DNA of 64,000 bases from NCBI GenBank assembly GCA_041752695.1, contig JBGSVZ010000028.1, forward strand, positions 11,299-75,298. Reading direction: 5' to 3'. Positions 54,405 to 64,000 of this stretch are shown here, piece by piece (positions within the stretch are counted from its first letter, which is position 1; the number at the start of each line of letters is the position of its first letter). The translations under genes and the position numbers were made by a program. Source of the stretch: Terrimicrobiaceae bacterium. GTDB lineage: Bacteria; Verrucomicrobiota; Verrucomicrobiia; Chthoniobacterales; Terrimicrobiaceae. The notes under the pieces were generated by a model, which was given only the letters and a program-made list of their open reading frames with translations, made no database searches and was not told the DNA's origin.

Positions 54405-56762
54405 TCAAGCGGATGGACCTGTCGTTGGCGTCCCATGGAGGATGGTCTCCAGGTCAGCTTTACTCACAGGCTTGTTGAGATAGGCATCCATTCCGGCCTG
54501 CAAGCTCTGTTCCCGATGTTCCGCGAGGGCATGAGCGATCAGGGCGACGATCATCGGGGCGGCACCATCCGGGCCTCCCCGAATGCGCCGGGCGGCTTCA
54601 AATCCATCCATCCCCGGCATTCCTAGGTCCATAAAAATCAAATCGTAGCATGTTGCCGAGGCTTTCTCCACGCCTTCAAAGCCGTTGATGGCTTCATCGG
54701 CTTTGTAGCCCAGGTGTCGGAGCAGGAGCCGGATGAGTTGCCGGCTGGTGGTGTTGTCGTCCACGACCAGAATTTTTGGCGGATGATCAAGCAGGCCAAG
54801 GTTTGATCGTGTCAAGTGGCTCGCCTCCTCCGAGGTTTCGCCTTCCGAATCGGCGGGAGGTTTCTCCAACGCAAGGTTGACCGTGAATGTCGTTCCCTCA
54901 CCGACTTTGCTTTCGACGCCCACTTTCCAGCCGGAAATTTCGCAAAGGCTGTGGACCAGTGCCAGACCCAGGTCGATCCCGGATTTGCCCCCCGGTGCCG
55001 CTGCTATAGCGTCGGACAGGGGATCAAAAAGTGCCGGCAGCCGTTCGGGTGCGAATCCCGGCCCGGTATCCCGCACCCGGATGAAGATCGGACATGCGGT
55101 CGCGGTCTCAGGTCCCGCGGGTGCGACTTCGATCTCGACCGAGCCCGTCTTGGTAAACTTCAGGGCGTTGTCGAGGAGTTTTCTCAGGACTTGATTCAAG
55201 AGGGCGACATCACAAAGAAGCGACGGGGGGATGTCTTCCGAGATGACGACGTTTAAAAGAAGGTTTCTGGCGGTGGCCGCAGGTTGGAAGGTGTGGACAA
55301 AAACCTTGAGGTGCGCCCGGAGGTTGACCGGGACGGGTTTGGGGGCGAGGTGGCCCGCCTCGATTTTTGCGTAGTCCAGGACATCACTTAGAATCTGCAA
55401 AAGCTGGCCGCTGTTCTCGTGGATACTCAGTACATGGTCGAGTTGCTCCGGATCGAGCGGCGCGGTCGCCAAAATTTCCGAAAATCCGATGACCGCATTG
55501 AGCAGATTGCGGATCTCGTGATTCATTTTCGACAAAACCTTAACGCCCTTGGCCGAGTGGGCGGCGGTTGCGGGACTGGTGGTTGTGACGGTCTCTGTCG
55601 TAATTGTGCCCACCAGACGCGTCAGCTTTCCCGCGTGATCTTTCACCGGGCGACTCTGCAGGGCGACGCGCCGGTATTTGCCATCCGCGCCCAAATGACG
55701 AAGCGCCAGTCGGCTTTCGTTTCCTGCGATGTCCCGGCTTCTGAGTGCGTTGACTTCTTCCACGTCGTCGAGGTGGAATTTCACCAACCACTCGTCGAAG
55801 GTGCGGGGAAAGGCTCCCGGTTCGAAGCCGAAGAGGGTTCCCCATTCGCTGCTGAGATAAAATTCGCCGCCCACCAGATCGACTTCCCACACCGCGGAGT
55901 TTGTCCCGCCGAGCGCGCAGTGCAGCCGTTCGTCTCCGCGGCTTTGTGCGGTGGTCGAGTGTTTGAACTCGGTCACATCGGTCAGAAACCCATGCCAGAC
56001 CGTCGCGCCATCCGCCTCTGGCCTGGGCAGGGACGTCGAGGATAGCCATCGGATGTTGCCTTCCGTTGTCCGGACCCGGAATTCCTGACGGCAGGGACTG
56101 AGGTCCCGCCGCGATTTTGCGATATTCATCAGGTATCCGGGAAGATCCTCGGAAACGAGACGGTCCAGGGGATTGGCCCGGCCGGCCATCACCTCCCCGG
56201 CCTCATCACCCGTCAACTGACGCACGCCGTCGCTGATATACGCAAATCCCGACCGACCCTCCGCATCCACGCGGAATTGAAAAACCGCTCCGGGGAACAA
56301 GCTGTTCAAGGGGCCGGGGAAATCCGTCTGGTCACCAGGCTTGGCGTGGTGATCGGTGATATCCTCGGAGACTTGCAGGATGGCGACGAGTTTTTCATCG
56401 GCGTCAAATACTGGCGTCTTAATAGTTCGCCGGATCCTTGGCCCATGCGAGCGACTGGTAATGGATTCGCGGGTGATGAGGGCTTCCCCGGTTTGCGCCA
56501 CAGCCCTGTCGGCTTCGGCCAGCGTCGCCGCCTCGTCGGCGGGAAAAAGGTCGGCATCGGTCAGCCCCAGGGCTTCTTCACTGGTGATGCCGAGACCCAA
56601 CTCGGCCCCGCGATTCCAGATCGCAAAGGCCCCATACGATTCTTCGCGCAAACTTTTGACCGCAATCTGCAAAGGAATGACTTCGAAGATCTCGGTCAGG
56701 AGATACAGGTTCTCATCGCTCAGGGGCAATGTTTTGAGGATTTCTTCAGGCGAAGAGAACAT
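54405..56762 (-). CDS. Hybrid PAS sensor histidine kinase/response regulator (divergent H and G boxes)
   Basis: Three PAS-like domains; KMNHEIRNLLN, NALKFT, DTGPG, receiver FMDLGMPGMDG. Confidence 0.88.
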   Translation of the reverse strand: MFSSPEEILKTLPLSDENLYLLTEIFEVIPLQIAVKSLREESYGAFAIWNRGAELGLGITSEEALGLTDADLFPADEAATLAEADRAVAQTGEALITRESITSRSHGPRIRRTIKTPVFDADEKLVAILQVSEDITDHHAKPGDQTDFPGPLNSLFPGAVFQFRVDAEGRSGFAYISDGVRQLTGDEAGEVMAGRANPLDRLVSEDLPGYLMNIAKSRRDLSPCRQEFRVRTTEGNIRWLSSTSLPRPEADGATVWHGFLTDVTEFKHSTTAQSRGDERLHCALGGTNSAVWEVDLVGGEFYLSSEWGTLFGFEPGAFPRTFDEWLVKFHLDDVEEVNALRSRDIAGNESRLALRHLGADGKYRRVALQSRPVKDHAGKLTRLVGTITTETVTTTSPATAAHSAKGVKVLSKMNHEIRNLLNAVIGFSEILATAPLDPEQLDHVLSIHENSGQLLQILSDVLDYAKIEAGHLAPKPVPVNLRAHLKVFVHTFQPAATARNLLLNVVISEDIPPSLLCDVALLNQVLRKLLDNALKFTKTGSVEIEVAPAGPETATACPIFIRVRDTGPGFAPERLPALFDPLSDAIAAAPGGKSGIDLGLALVHSLCEISGWKVGVESKVGEGTTFTVNLALEKPPADSEGETSEEASHLTRSNLGLLDHPPKILVVDDNTTSRQLIRLLLRHLGYKADEAINGFEGVEKASATCYDLIFMDLGMPGMDGFEAARRIRGGPDGAAPMIVALIAHALAEHREQSLQAGMDAYLNKPVSKADLETILHGTPTTGPSA

Positions 56763-56879
56763 CGAGCTTGAAATATAGGGAACGAAGGACTTTTGGCAAT
56801 TCCGAAGCCTGGGGAGGAACGTCCGGAATGTTCTTTGGACATATCCGTTCAGCGGCACGACACTCGCTTTTCCTGCGAG

Positions 56880-57830
56880 ATGATATCCACGACATCCATC
56901 GGTCCTTCGGAACCAGCGAACGAACTCTTTGACGTGACCCTTCGCGTGGGCTGCAGTCTGGCTTATCATGCTTCGGGTCCCGCGGCATTGCTGTTAAATG
57001 TGAGTCCGGAAAAAGATCCCGCCCACGCGGTGATCTTCGAGGCTTTGACGGTGGGGGACGACCTTTCTGTGGAGGCGTTTCTCGACAGTCACGGCAATCA
57101 TGTGCGAAGGGTGCATTTGGAGCCGGGGGACAATTTTGTGCGCCATGATGCCATTGTGGCGGTGCGTTCGCAGCCAGAGGATCAGGGGGCCGCGGCCGGT
57201 CCTCCGCTGCCGCCGGGAGATCTTCCGCCCGGCGTCCTTCGTTACACCTTGCCCAGCCGCTATGCAGATTCCGACAAGCTGGTGGACTTCGCCTGGCAGA
57301 CGTTCGGTCAGGTGGAGCATGGTTATCCGCGGGTGAGGGCGATCAGTCGCTGGATTCACGATAATCTTGAATACCGGTATCTTTCCGGCGACGCGCATCT
57401 TTCGGCTTGGGACATTTTGCAACGAGGCTACGGGGTGTGCCGGGATTTTGCGCATCTCAACATTGCGCTCAATCGGACCTTCAATTTGCCCGCGCGTTAT
57501 GTCACCGGGCACATGCCGGATCTCGGATTTCCTGATCCGGAGAACCACATGGATTTTCATGCCTACGCCGAGGTGTATCTGGGGGGCAAGTGGTTCACCA
57601 CAGACGCCCGTTTCGATGTGCCGCGCATTGGCCGGGTCAAGGTCTCGTGCGGCCAGGATGCGGTGGATGGGGCATTCTCGACCATCTATGGCGGGGCCAC
57701 GCTCTCGTTTTTCCAAGTCTGGGCGTATCAGGTTGAGAGGGGGGCGGTCTCCGTGGGCGATGCTCTCGATTTTTCGAAACGGAAGGACAACAAACACGAG
57801 GTTTTTACGGACGCCCCCTATCGGGCGTAA
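56880..57830 (+). CDS. Transglutaminase-like family protein
   Basis: YTLPSRYADSD, GVCRDFAH, ARYVTG, DFHAYAEVY, W.TTDAR (Cys-His-Asp triad). Confidence 0.88.
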   Translation: MISTTSIGPSEPANELFDVTLRVGCSLAYHASGPAALLLNVSPEKDPAHAVIFEALTVGDDLSVEAFLDSHGNHVRRVHLEPGDNFVRHDAIVAVRSQPEDQGAAAGPPLPPGDLPPGVLRYTLPSRYADSDKLVDFAWQTFGQVEHGYPRVRAISRWIHDNLEYRYLSGDAHLSAWDILQRGYGVCRDFAHLNIALNRTFNLPARYVTGHMPDLGFPDPENHMDFHAYAEVYLGGKWFTTDARFDVPRIGRVKVSCGQDAVDGAFSTIYGGATLSFFQVWAYQVERGAVSVGDALDFSKRKDNKHEVFTDAPYRA

Positions 57831-57840
57831 GTGCGCTGTC

Positions 57841-58611
57841 ATGATCGAAGCCTGGGAGTTGACCAAGACGTATCGGGATAAAAAGTCCATCGTCACGGCG
57901 GTGTCCGATCTGTCGTTCACCTGCCAGCCCGGTCAGATCTATGGCTTGCTGGGGGCCAACGGAGCAGGCAAGACCACCACGCTGCGCATGCTTGCCACCC
58001 TGCTGAAACCCACGGGCGGCTCGTGCCGTGTCGGCGGATACGACCCTGTGATCGCTCCGGAAAAAGTCCGGGCAAACGTCGGCTTCCTCGCGGCCAGCAC
58101 CGCGCTTTATGGCCGCCTGACTGCCCGCGAGATGGTCACCTATTTCGGCCGCCTGAATGGCATGACGCACGCGGCGATCCAGGCGCGCATCGATGTCCTC
58201 GCGGGGGAACTCGGCATGCACGAGTTCCTTGATCGGCGCTGCGGGAAACTTTCCACGGGCATGAAACAGAAGACCTCCATTGCCCGCACGCTGATTCACG
58301 ATCCGGCGGTGATGATTTTTGATGAGCCCACGCTGGGCCTGGATGTGATGAGCGCGCGGGCCATAGTGACGTTTGTGCGCGCCTGCCGTGATCGCGGCAA
58401 GACAGTGATCTACTCGACTCATATTATGAGCGAAGTCGAAAAGCTGAGCGACACCATCGGCATCATCCACGCGGGCCGGCTCGTCGCGGAGGGGACGCGG
58501 GCGGACTTGCAGGTGCGCTTCGCCGAATCCGACATGGAGGAGATTTTTGTCAAAGCCATCGGCGGCGAAGTGGCCGTGGCGGATGCGCTGAAGGAGGGAA
58601 TGTCGCCATGA
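57841..58611 (+). CDS. natA: ABC transporter ATP-binding protein (NatA-like sodium efflux)
   Basis: GANGAGKTTTLR, LSTGMKQK, FDEPTLGLD, STHIMSEVE. Confidence 0.85.
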   Translation: MIEAWELTKTYRDKKSIVTAVSDLSFTCQPGQIYGLLGANGAGKTTTLRMLATLLKPTGGSCRVGGYDPVIAPEKVRANVGFLAASTALYGRLTAREMVTYFGRLNGMTHAAIQARIDVLAGELGMHEFLDRRCGKLSTGMKQKTSIARTLIHDPAVMIFDEPTLGLDVMSARAIVTFVRACRDRGKTVIYSTHIMSEVEKLSDTIGIIHAGRLVAEGTRADLQVRFAESDMEEIFVKAIGGEVAVADALKEGMSP

Positions 58612-59816
58612 ATTGGGGCCACATCGTCACGGTCTATTGTAAGGAGATGAAAGATTCTCTTCGAGATCGCCGCACCCTTCTTTCCATGGTGGTGGTGCCC
58701 ACGCTGCTGATGCCCTTGCTGATTTTTGCGGTCAGTTTCCTCGTGAAGACGACGGTACAAAAGGCGCAGGCCGAGGCCACTTCGTTGGTGTTGATCGGCG
58801 GGGAGGATTCGCCGGGAGTGGTGGCCGGGCTGAAGGCGGCCAAAAATCTGAGGGTGATTGCGGCGGACCGTGATTACCGCCAGATGGTCTCGGAGAAACG
58901 GGTTCGTCTCGCGCTGGAGATTCCGGAGGGATTTGAAGCCTCCCTCAAGGAAGGATCCCCCAAGACTGTGATGCTTTACCATTATGAAGGAGAAATGAAA
59001 TCCGGCATGGGCGTGGACGAAGTGGATCGGTATCTCCGGCTTCTGCGGGAGAAAACGGTGGAATCACGCCTGCGAGACCACGGGCTATCTCCGGACCTGA
59101 TCAAGCCGTTCGAAATCCAAAGGCAAAATGTGGCCCCCCCGGAAAAAGTGGGCGGCAATCTCATCGGCGGCCTGATCCCTTATCTAATCATTGTGTTGTG
59201 TTTCACCGGGGCGATGTACCCGGCGATTGACTTGACGGCCGGGGAGAAAGAGCGAGGCACGATGGAAACGCTGCTCTGCAGCCCAGTGCACCGCGTCAAT
59301 ATTGTCTTGGGCAAATTCCTGACGGTGATGACCGCCTCGGTTGCGACCATTGCCTTCACCCTCGTCTCCACCGCAGGCAGTCTGATTCTGGCCGGCTCGC
59401 TGTTGATGGGTGCCGGGGGTGGATCCGGGGCGGCTTTGCTTCCCGTCATTGCTCCGGCCGGCATCCTCGGGGTCTTTGCCATGATTATTCCGGTGGCCAT
59501 GTTGTTTGCCGCCGTCTTGCTCACGATTTCGCTCTTTGCCAAGAGCTATAAGGAGGCCCAGACTTATGTGTCGCCCATGATGATTGTGGTCCTTCTTCCC
59601 TCCCTTCTTGGCATGCTGCCCGGCTTCGAACTTTCCGCGAAGACGGCGGTGATTCCGATTCTTAACCTGACCCTCGTCTGCAAGGAGATGCTATCCGGGG
59701 TCTGGAACTGGTCGTACATTGCGCTGATCTTTGGGAGCACCGCTCTTTATGCGGCGGTTGCCATTGTGCTCTGTGTGAAAATGTTCAACCGGGAAGACGT
59801 GTTATTTCGCGAGTGA
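58608..59816 (+). CDS. natB: ABC transporter permease (NatB-like)
   Basis: KEMKDSLRDRRT, AIDLTAGEKERGTMETLL, AKSYKEAQTY. Confidence 0.87.
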   Translation: MNWGHIVTVYCKEMKDSLRDRRTLLSMVVVPTLLMPLLIFAVSFLVKTTVQKAQAEATSLVLIGGEDSPGVVAGLKAAKNLRVIAADRDYRQMVSEKRVRLALEIPEGFEASLKEGSPKTVMLYHYEGEMKSGMGVDEVDRYLRLLREKTVESRLRDHGLSPDLIKPFEIQRQNVAPPEKVGGNLIGGLIPYLIIVLCFTGAMYPAIDLTAGEKERGTMETLLCSPVHRVNIVLGKFLTVMTASVATIAFTLVSTAGSLILAGSLLMGAGGGSGAALLPVIAPAGILGVFAMIIPVAMLFAAVLLTISLFAKSYKEAQTYVSPMMIVVLLPSLLGMLPGFELSAKTAVIPILNLTLVCKEMLSGVWNWSYIALIFGSTALYAAVAIVLCVKMFNREDVLFRE

Positions 59817-59873
59817 GTCTGCCTCGGGAGAATTTGCGTTTTCCACTACAGGGAAAGGCTGTTTTCCGCTTGA

Positions 59874-60824
59874 GTGTCTGTGATGGAAGAATTTGATTCA
59901 GCTGGGGTCACCGGGATTGTCTGGCGGCGGGTCGCTCCGGGTCAGGAAGCCGCGGCGGAGGGGGTGATGCACCGGATCATGCTTTTGGCGCGGGAGGCGG
60001 AGGGTTTTCTGGGGTCGGAAATTTTCCCTCCCATCCACGGCGTGCAGGATGCCTATGTGGTGTTGTATCGATTTAATCGGGGCAGCAATCTCCGGCAGTG
60101 GCTGGCTTCGACCTGGCGCCAGGAATTGCTCCGTCAGATCGAGGGCCTGTTGCTGGAACCTTCGGTCGAATTTTATTTTGCCCACGGCCGGAGACCATCC
60201 GGCACGGCCTCTTCCGTGTTTGCTTATACCATCCTTCCGGACCGGGAGACGGAGTTTCAAGATTGGCGTCGGCGGATTTTGGAGGCGGCGCGGACGTGGG
60301 AGGGATTTCTGGGCACCGAATCGTTTGATACGTTGGACAGCGAGCATCCGGAGTTTGTGGTGGTGGTGCGCTTTGATAGTCGCGCTCATCTCGACCTCTG
60401 GCTGAAGTCAGAGGTTCGCAAGACCTTCATGGACGAGGTGCAGCAGTATGTGGAACACTATACGCTGCGACGGATCGGCAGCGGATTTGAAGGATGGTTC
60501 GACACTTCCGAGAATAAAAATCCCCCCGCCCCCTGGCGTCAGGCCCTGGTGATTCTGACTGCCCTGTTTCCGGTGATCATGACGATGAGGCAGCTTCTCT
60601 TGCCGGTTTTTACCGCTCTGCCCATGCCGGTAGCCTTCCTGATTCTCCTGGCGCTCGACATGGCATTACTGACCTATGTCATTATGCCGCGCTTCACCCG
60701 GCTGATGAATTTCTGGTTGAGACCAAGCCCGGATTTCACCTGGCGGGGTGAGGTGACGGGATGGAGCATTGTTCTGGGCATTATCGGGCTCACGCTGGTC
60801 GTGTGTCTAATGGCCGGGCTCTAA
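59874..60824 (+). CDS. Tandem antibiotic-biosynthesis-monooxygenase (ABM)-like domain membrane protein
   Basis: Two repeats of ..EGFLG.E...V..RF....L..W..S..R; GFEGWF, PPAPWRQ and C-terminal TM helices. Confidence 0.78.
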   Translation: MSVMEEFDSAGVTGIVWRRVAPGQEAAAEGVMHRIMLLAREAEGFLGSEIFPPIHGVQDAYVVLYRFNRGSNLRQWLASTWRQELLRQIEGLLLEPSVEFYFAHGRRPSGTASSVFAYTILPDRETEFQDWRRRILEAARTWEGFLGTESFDTLDSEHPEFVVVVRFDSRAHLDLWLKSEVRKTFMDEVQQYVEHYTLRRIGSGFEGWFDTSENKNPPAPWRQALVILTALFPVIMTMRQLLLPVFTALPMPVAFLILLALDMALLTYVIMPRFTRLMNFWLRPSPDFTWRGEVTGWSIVLGIIGLTLVVCLMAGL

Positions 60825-60877
60825 GAGGGCCGGGAGGGAAGGTTGCGTCAGGCCCGCATTCGTCCTAACGTGAAGGA

Positions 60878-61279
60878 ATGAAGGCTTTTTTTCCGCTTGG
60901 CGCATTGGTCGGATTGGCGGTCGTATCAGTGGGTTGCTCTAAGCCGGCCGAGGCGGATGGTGCGGCCAATACTTTGGATGGGATTTCGCTCGAATCCGTG
61001 AGTGTAAACCTTGGAGTCACCGCCCCGAAACAGAACGCGCAAAACATCGCGACGGCTGCGGGGGCTGCGCGGGCGGCGGGTTACGAACGCCGCTGGGTGA
61101 GTAAGGAAGACGCGGTGGCTGATGTGATGCGGGGAATCACGGTCCGACTGGGCAGCCAGGAGATGAACTATTCCTCCACGGCTTTGGGGGCCTCCGACCA
61201 ACAGGAAGCCATGGCCTTTCTTGTGTTTGACTCCCGCCCACCCGGGACATTGCGGTTTACCAACGAAGCCCAGCCCTAG
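60878..61279 (+). CDS. Hypothetical lipoprotein
   Basis: Lipobox VSVGC; QNAQNIATAAGAARAAG helix. Confidence 0.65.
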   Translation: MKAFFPLGALVGLAVVSVGCSKPAEADGAANTLDGISLESVSVNLGVTAPKQNAQNIATAAGAARAAGYERRWVSKEDAVADVMRGITVRLGSQEMNYSSTALGASDQQEAMAFLVFDSRPPGTLRFTNEAQP

Positions 61280-61980
61280 GAAGAGGAGGTCGTCTTAGCC
61301 CCGGCCGCACGGAGGACGATCGAGCCGAGACGACCATCGGTCTGCCAAGGATCGCCTCCGCCGTTCCGGCCTTGCTTCTCCCGGTGGAACCCTGCCACGT
61401 ATTCCGCGCGGGTCACCCAGCCAGCCTTTTCGAGTCCGGACATGATAAGGTCGCGTTCGGCGTCCACGTTCGGCGCGATGTGGTGCGTGATCTGTCCGGT
61501 GGTGTGACTGAGTCCGACCCGCTCATCGAAAGTCGCCGAACCCACCCAGACGGGCCGTTGATCCTTGAGGTGCTCGCGTTTCCAAAAACGGACATGATGG
61601 CGTTGGCAGGGGCTGTTCCCAACCGGAAGCTCGAAGGCCAGGTCCTGTTTGCGTCCAAAAAGGAATAGTGCGCTCACTGGGGCGTCGTTGTCGGGGCGAC
61701 GAAAGGTGGAGTCCACCGCAATGCGCAGGCTGCTGTCCAGAGTGATGGGATCCGCCGGATCCCAGCCGGCGGATGTCAGCGCCTGAATCAGCTCCGATTC
61801 TGCGCCTTCGATGGCGAGGTTGGCCGGGTCGCCGGGATGTCCGTCCGCCGTGTGGGTGATCCGCGGCGCGTCGGAAAGGTGGCGGCGGAAATGCCTTTTC
61901 CAGAGGCGCGGGATAATCACGTAGGCCGCGATGGCCCATGTGGTCAGAAGGAGGAGGAGCCAATGAATGGGACGAATCAT
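61276..61980 (-). CDS. LssY C-terminal domain protein
   Basis: GDPANL, AGW..ADP, PVSALFLFGRKQDLAF, RHHVRFW, THHIAPNVDAERD, TDGR. Confidence 0.85.
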   Translation of the reverse strand: MIRPIHWLLLLLTTWAIAAYVIIPRLWKRHFRRHLSDAPRITHTADGHPGDPANLAIEGAESELIQALTSAGWDPADPITLDSSLRIAVDSTFRRPDNDAPVSALFLFGRKQDLAFELPVGNSPCQRHHVRFWKREHLKDQRPVWVGSATFDERVGLSHTTGQITHHIAPNVDAERDLIMSGLEKAGWVTRAEYVAGFHREKQGRNGGGDPWQTDGRLGSIVLRAAGAKTTSSS

Positions 61981-61986
61981 GAGGGA

Positions 61987-62514
61987 TTATTCCCAGGATG
62001 TGACGTAACGACTTTTCGATTTTTTTAGAAAGAACCATCCTGCTTCGACTTCCTCCAGTCGAGGATCATTCCAGACGGCGACCCTTTTCGGGATTACAGC
62101 ATTGTTCGTTCCTGCGGTGACGCTCCAATTGTTGTCGGCATCGAACACGATCTGGTATGGGGCTCCCCAAGGGTCTACGAAGGTCCCGTTGATAATTCCG
62201 CTGCCTCCCTTTTTTTTGACATCCGGGATCTCGATGAAAACGATTTTTCCGGGATTCGTGGTTTCGTCTTCTCCCGAGAGAGTTTCCAGAAGTTGCCCTC
62301 CGACGTCGCCTGAATTTGTTGCGGGGAGGCGGCCATACTCTTGGATGAAAGCGGTGACCGCATTGGCGAGTTGGACGACGTCGTTTTTCGCTTGGGCTGT
62401 CGGGGCGGCTGATGGGCCTACACTCACTGTGGGAAAAAGGAGTGCCCCTAGAATAAAAAGAATCACGACGACACCCAGCAACTCCAGCAGAGTAAAGGCG
62501 CGCGGGGTGGCCAT
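61987..62514 (-). CDS. Prepilin-type N-terminal cleavage protein (type II secretion pseudopilin/GspG-like)
   Basis: RAFTLLELLGVVVIL..LGALL; DPWGAPY motif. Confidence 0.85.
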   Translation of the reverse strand: MATPRAFTLLELLGVVVILFILGALLFPTVSVGPSAAPTAQAKNDVVQLANAVTAFIQEYGRLPATNSGDVGGQLLETLSGEDETTNPGKIVFIEIPDVKKKGGSGIINGTFVDPWGAPYQIVFDADNNWSVTAGTNNAVIPKRVAVWNDPRLEEVEAGWFFLKKSKSRYVTSWE

Positions 62515-62517
62515 AGC

Positions 62518-63324
62518 CTAAAGAACTTCGGCTTTTACCGGGTTGGTAAGGTGGCCGATTTTTTCGATTGCCACGGTCACTTCGTCTCCGGCTTGAAGCC
62601 AGCGGGGTGGGGTGGCGGCCATGCCGACGCCGTGCGGGGTGCCGGTGAGAATCACGGTTCCCGCCGGCAGGGTGGTGCTTCCGCTGAGGAATTCGATCAA
62701 CGTGGGAACGTCGAAGATCATGTCCCGGGTGTTCCAATCCTGCACGGTCTCGCCGTTGAGGATGGTGCGGATGGCGAGGGAGTTGGGATCGGGGATCTCG
62801 TCAGCAGTCACCAGGCAGGGGCCAAGCGGACAGAAGGTGTCGAAGGATTTGCCGCGGCACCATTGGCCGCCCCCCCAGCGTTTCTGCCAGTCGCGCGCGC
62901 TAACGTCGTTCGCACAAGAGTAGCCGAGGACGTAGTCGAGCGCGGTGGCGCGGGTGACGTTGCGGCAGGTCTTGCCGATGACGACGGCGAGTTCGCATTC
63001 GTAGTCCACCTCATCACTGGCCAGGGCGCGTGGCAAAATGATGGGGTCGCCGGGGTTCTGCAGGGTGTTCGGAGTTTTGACGAAAAGGATCGGGAATTCC
63101 GGGATGCGCGCCTTGGTTTCCTCGGCGTGGCGCCGGTAGTTGAGGCCGATGGCCAGGATTTGGACAGGCGCGATGGGCGCGAGCAGCTTCTCGATTTTCG
63201 CCGGGACGGCGGTGGTGGTGAACCCGGCTTCGTAAGAACCCTCCAGTTCGAGAATTGCGCCATCGGGCTGTTCGCTGCCGTAGCGGATGGAGGCCCGGGC
63301 GTCCAGGTAGCGCAGGATCTTCAT
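62518..63324 (-). CDS. Fumarylacetoacetate hydrolase family protein
   Basis: IGLNYRRH, DYECELAVVIG, NDVSARDWQ, GKSFDTFCPLGP, ILTGTPHGVG. Confidence 0.93.
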   Translation of the reverse strand: MKILRYLDARASIRYGSEQPDGAILELEGSYEAGFTTTAVPAKIEKLLAPIAPVQILAIGLNYRRHAEETKARIPEFPILFVKTPNTLQNPGDPIILPRALASDEVDYECELAVVIGKTCRNVTRATALDYVLGYSCANDVSARDWQKRWGGGQWCRGKSFDTFCPLGPCLVTADEIPDPNSLAIRTILNGETVQDWNTRDMIFDVPTLIEFLSGSTTLPAGTVILTGTPHGVGMAATPPRWLQAGDEVTVAIEKIGHLTNPVKAEVL

Positions 63325-63749
63325 TCGGGGGTGGCTTCGAATTTTTTGGTGAGAGTCACCATGTTGTGTCCCGCGTCGCGGCAGTAGGCGCAGTCGTCGA
63401 GCATGTTGCGCACGAAGTGGATGCCCAGGCCACCGATGGGCCGGTCTTCGGCGGGCAGGGAGGTGTCGGGTTCGGGCTGGTCAAAGGGATTAAAGGCGTG
63501 CCCGTCGTCGGTGATTTTCATGCGAAGTTCGTGGGCGCTGACGGCAAGTTCGATGACGATCTGGTGGGCGTCTGCGTCGTCGTAGCCGTATTTGATGATA
63601 TTGGTGACGAGTTCCTCGATGGCGAGGTTGGCGGCGAAGACGGCGTCGGGCGGCGCAGAATGGGCTTCGAGAAAGTGGGTCGTATCGTCCGCCGCGGTGG
63701 AAAGCGCGTCGAAAGAGTTCGGGAGACGGAGCGTCAGTTCGGAGACCAC
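63321..63749 (-). CDS. Anti-sigma factor / Ser-Thr kinase (RsbW-like HATPase)
   Basis: LAIEELVTNIIKYGY, ITDDGHAFNP, RPIGGLGIHFVR. Confidence 0.88.
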   Translation of the reverse strand: MVSELTLRLPNSFDALSTAADDTTHFLEAHSAPPDAVFAANLAIEELVTNIIKYGYDDADAHQIVIELAVSAHELRMKITDDGHAFNPFDQPEPDTSLPAEDRPIGGLGIHFVRNMLDDCAYCRDAGHNMVTLTKKFEATPE

Positions 63750-63861
63750 GGGTTGAGTCTGCCATACCGGAAAGAAGGCTCCAAGTTTTTTGGCAAAAAT
63801 GAGACTGCCTCCCAGAATGCAGACTTTGAAAAGCATCATCGACACGCCTAAAGCCCCGGAG

Positions 63862-64000
63862 TGAGGTGCAACTGATTTTTGGACCAATTTGTGTTTTAGT
63901 TTGCTGAGTGGATCTGGGCCTCGAACTGGTTGGGGGTTTTGTATCCGAGGGCTGAGTGTTTGCGGTGGGTGTTGTAGTAGCCTTCGATGTATTCGAAGAT
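63862..64000 (-). mobile_element. Right end of an IS3-family insertion sequence (continues beyond the window)
   Basis: Minus strand 63896-64000 encodes IFEYIEGYYNTHRKHSALGYKTPNQFE...*, the typical IS3 transposase C-terminus; terminal repeat begins TGAGGTGCAACTGATTTTTTGGACCA at 63862. Confidence 0.88.

Noticed and set aside
60832..60865. GGAGGG...TGCG...GGCCCGCA as a further REP copy
   Set aside because: Spacing and stem do not match the consensus; at best a heavily decayed copy.
1..64000. tRNA, rRNA or known riboswitches
   Set aside because: None recognised by eye in the intergenic regions; a tRNAscan/Infernal run is needed to exclude them.

Overview
A high-GC bacterial chromosomal window. 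Gene content and style suggest Verrucomicrobia, but that is an inference. The left third (1-26 kb) is mostly housekeeping and metabolic: kup, ppk2, queE/queD, nuoEF, hisS, aspS, fabV, transporters and hydrolases. It also holds the most striking locus, at 7.6-9.7 kb. There an HTH-WYL regulator reads in frame, through four REP palindromes, into a REP-associated HUH tyrosine transposase (RAYT). A DriD-like GAC-N7-GTC operator lies at its 5' end, with a divergent unannotated 52-aa ORF carrying a QLELPL clamp-binding-like motif. About 16 copies of a TGGAG-tagged REP with covarying stems lie between 2 and 15.2 kb; I saw no intact copies further right. The middle (25.9-51.9 kb) is a surface-glycan locus: O-antigen ligase-like gene, six glycosyltransferases, wzm/wzt. 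Embedded in it is a two-gene assembly line: A(Gly)-T, then KS-(no AT)-ACP-aminotransferase-C-A(Gly)/MT-T-TE. The locus is interrupted by a sensor kinase block. The right part has transporters, a second hybrid kinase, a pilin-like gene, an FAH hydrolase, an RsbW-like protein and the end of an IS3 element. I saw no rRNA, tRNA or CRISPR array. All calls come from motif reading by eye; no database searches were run.
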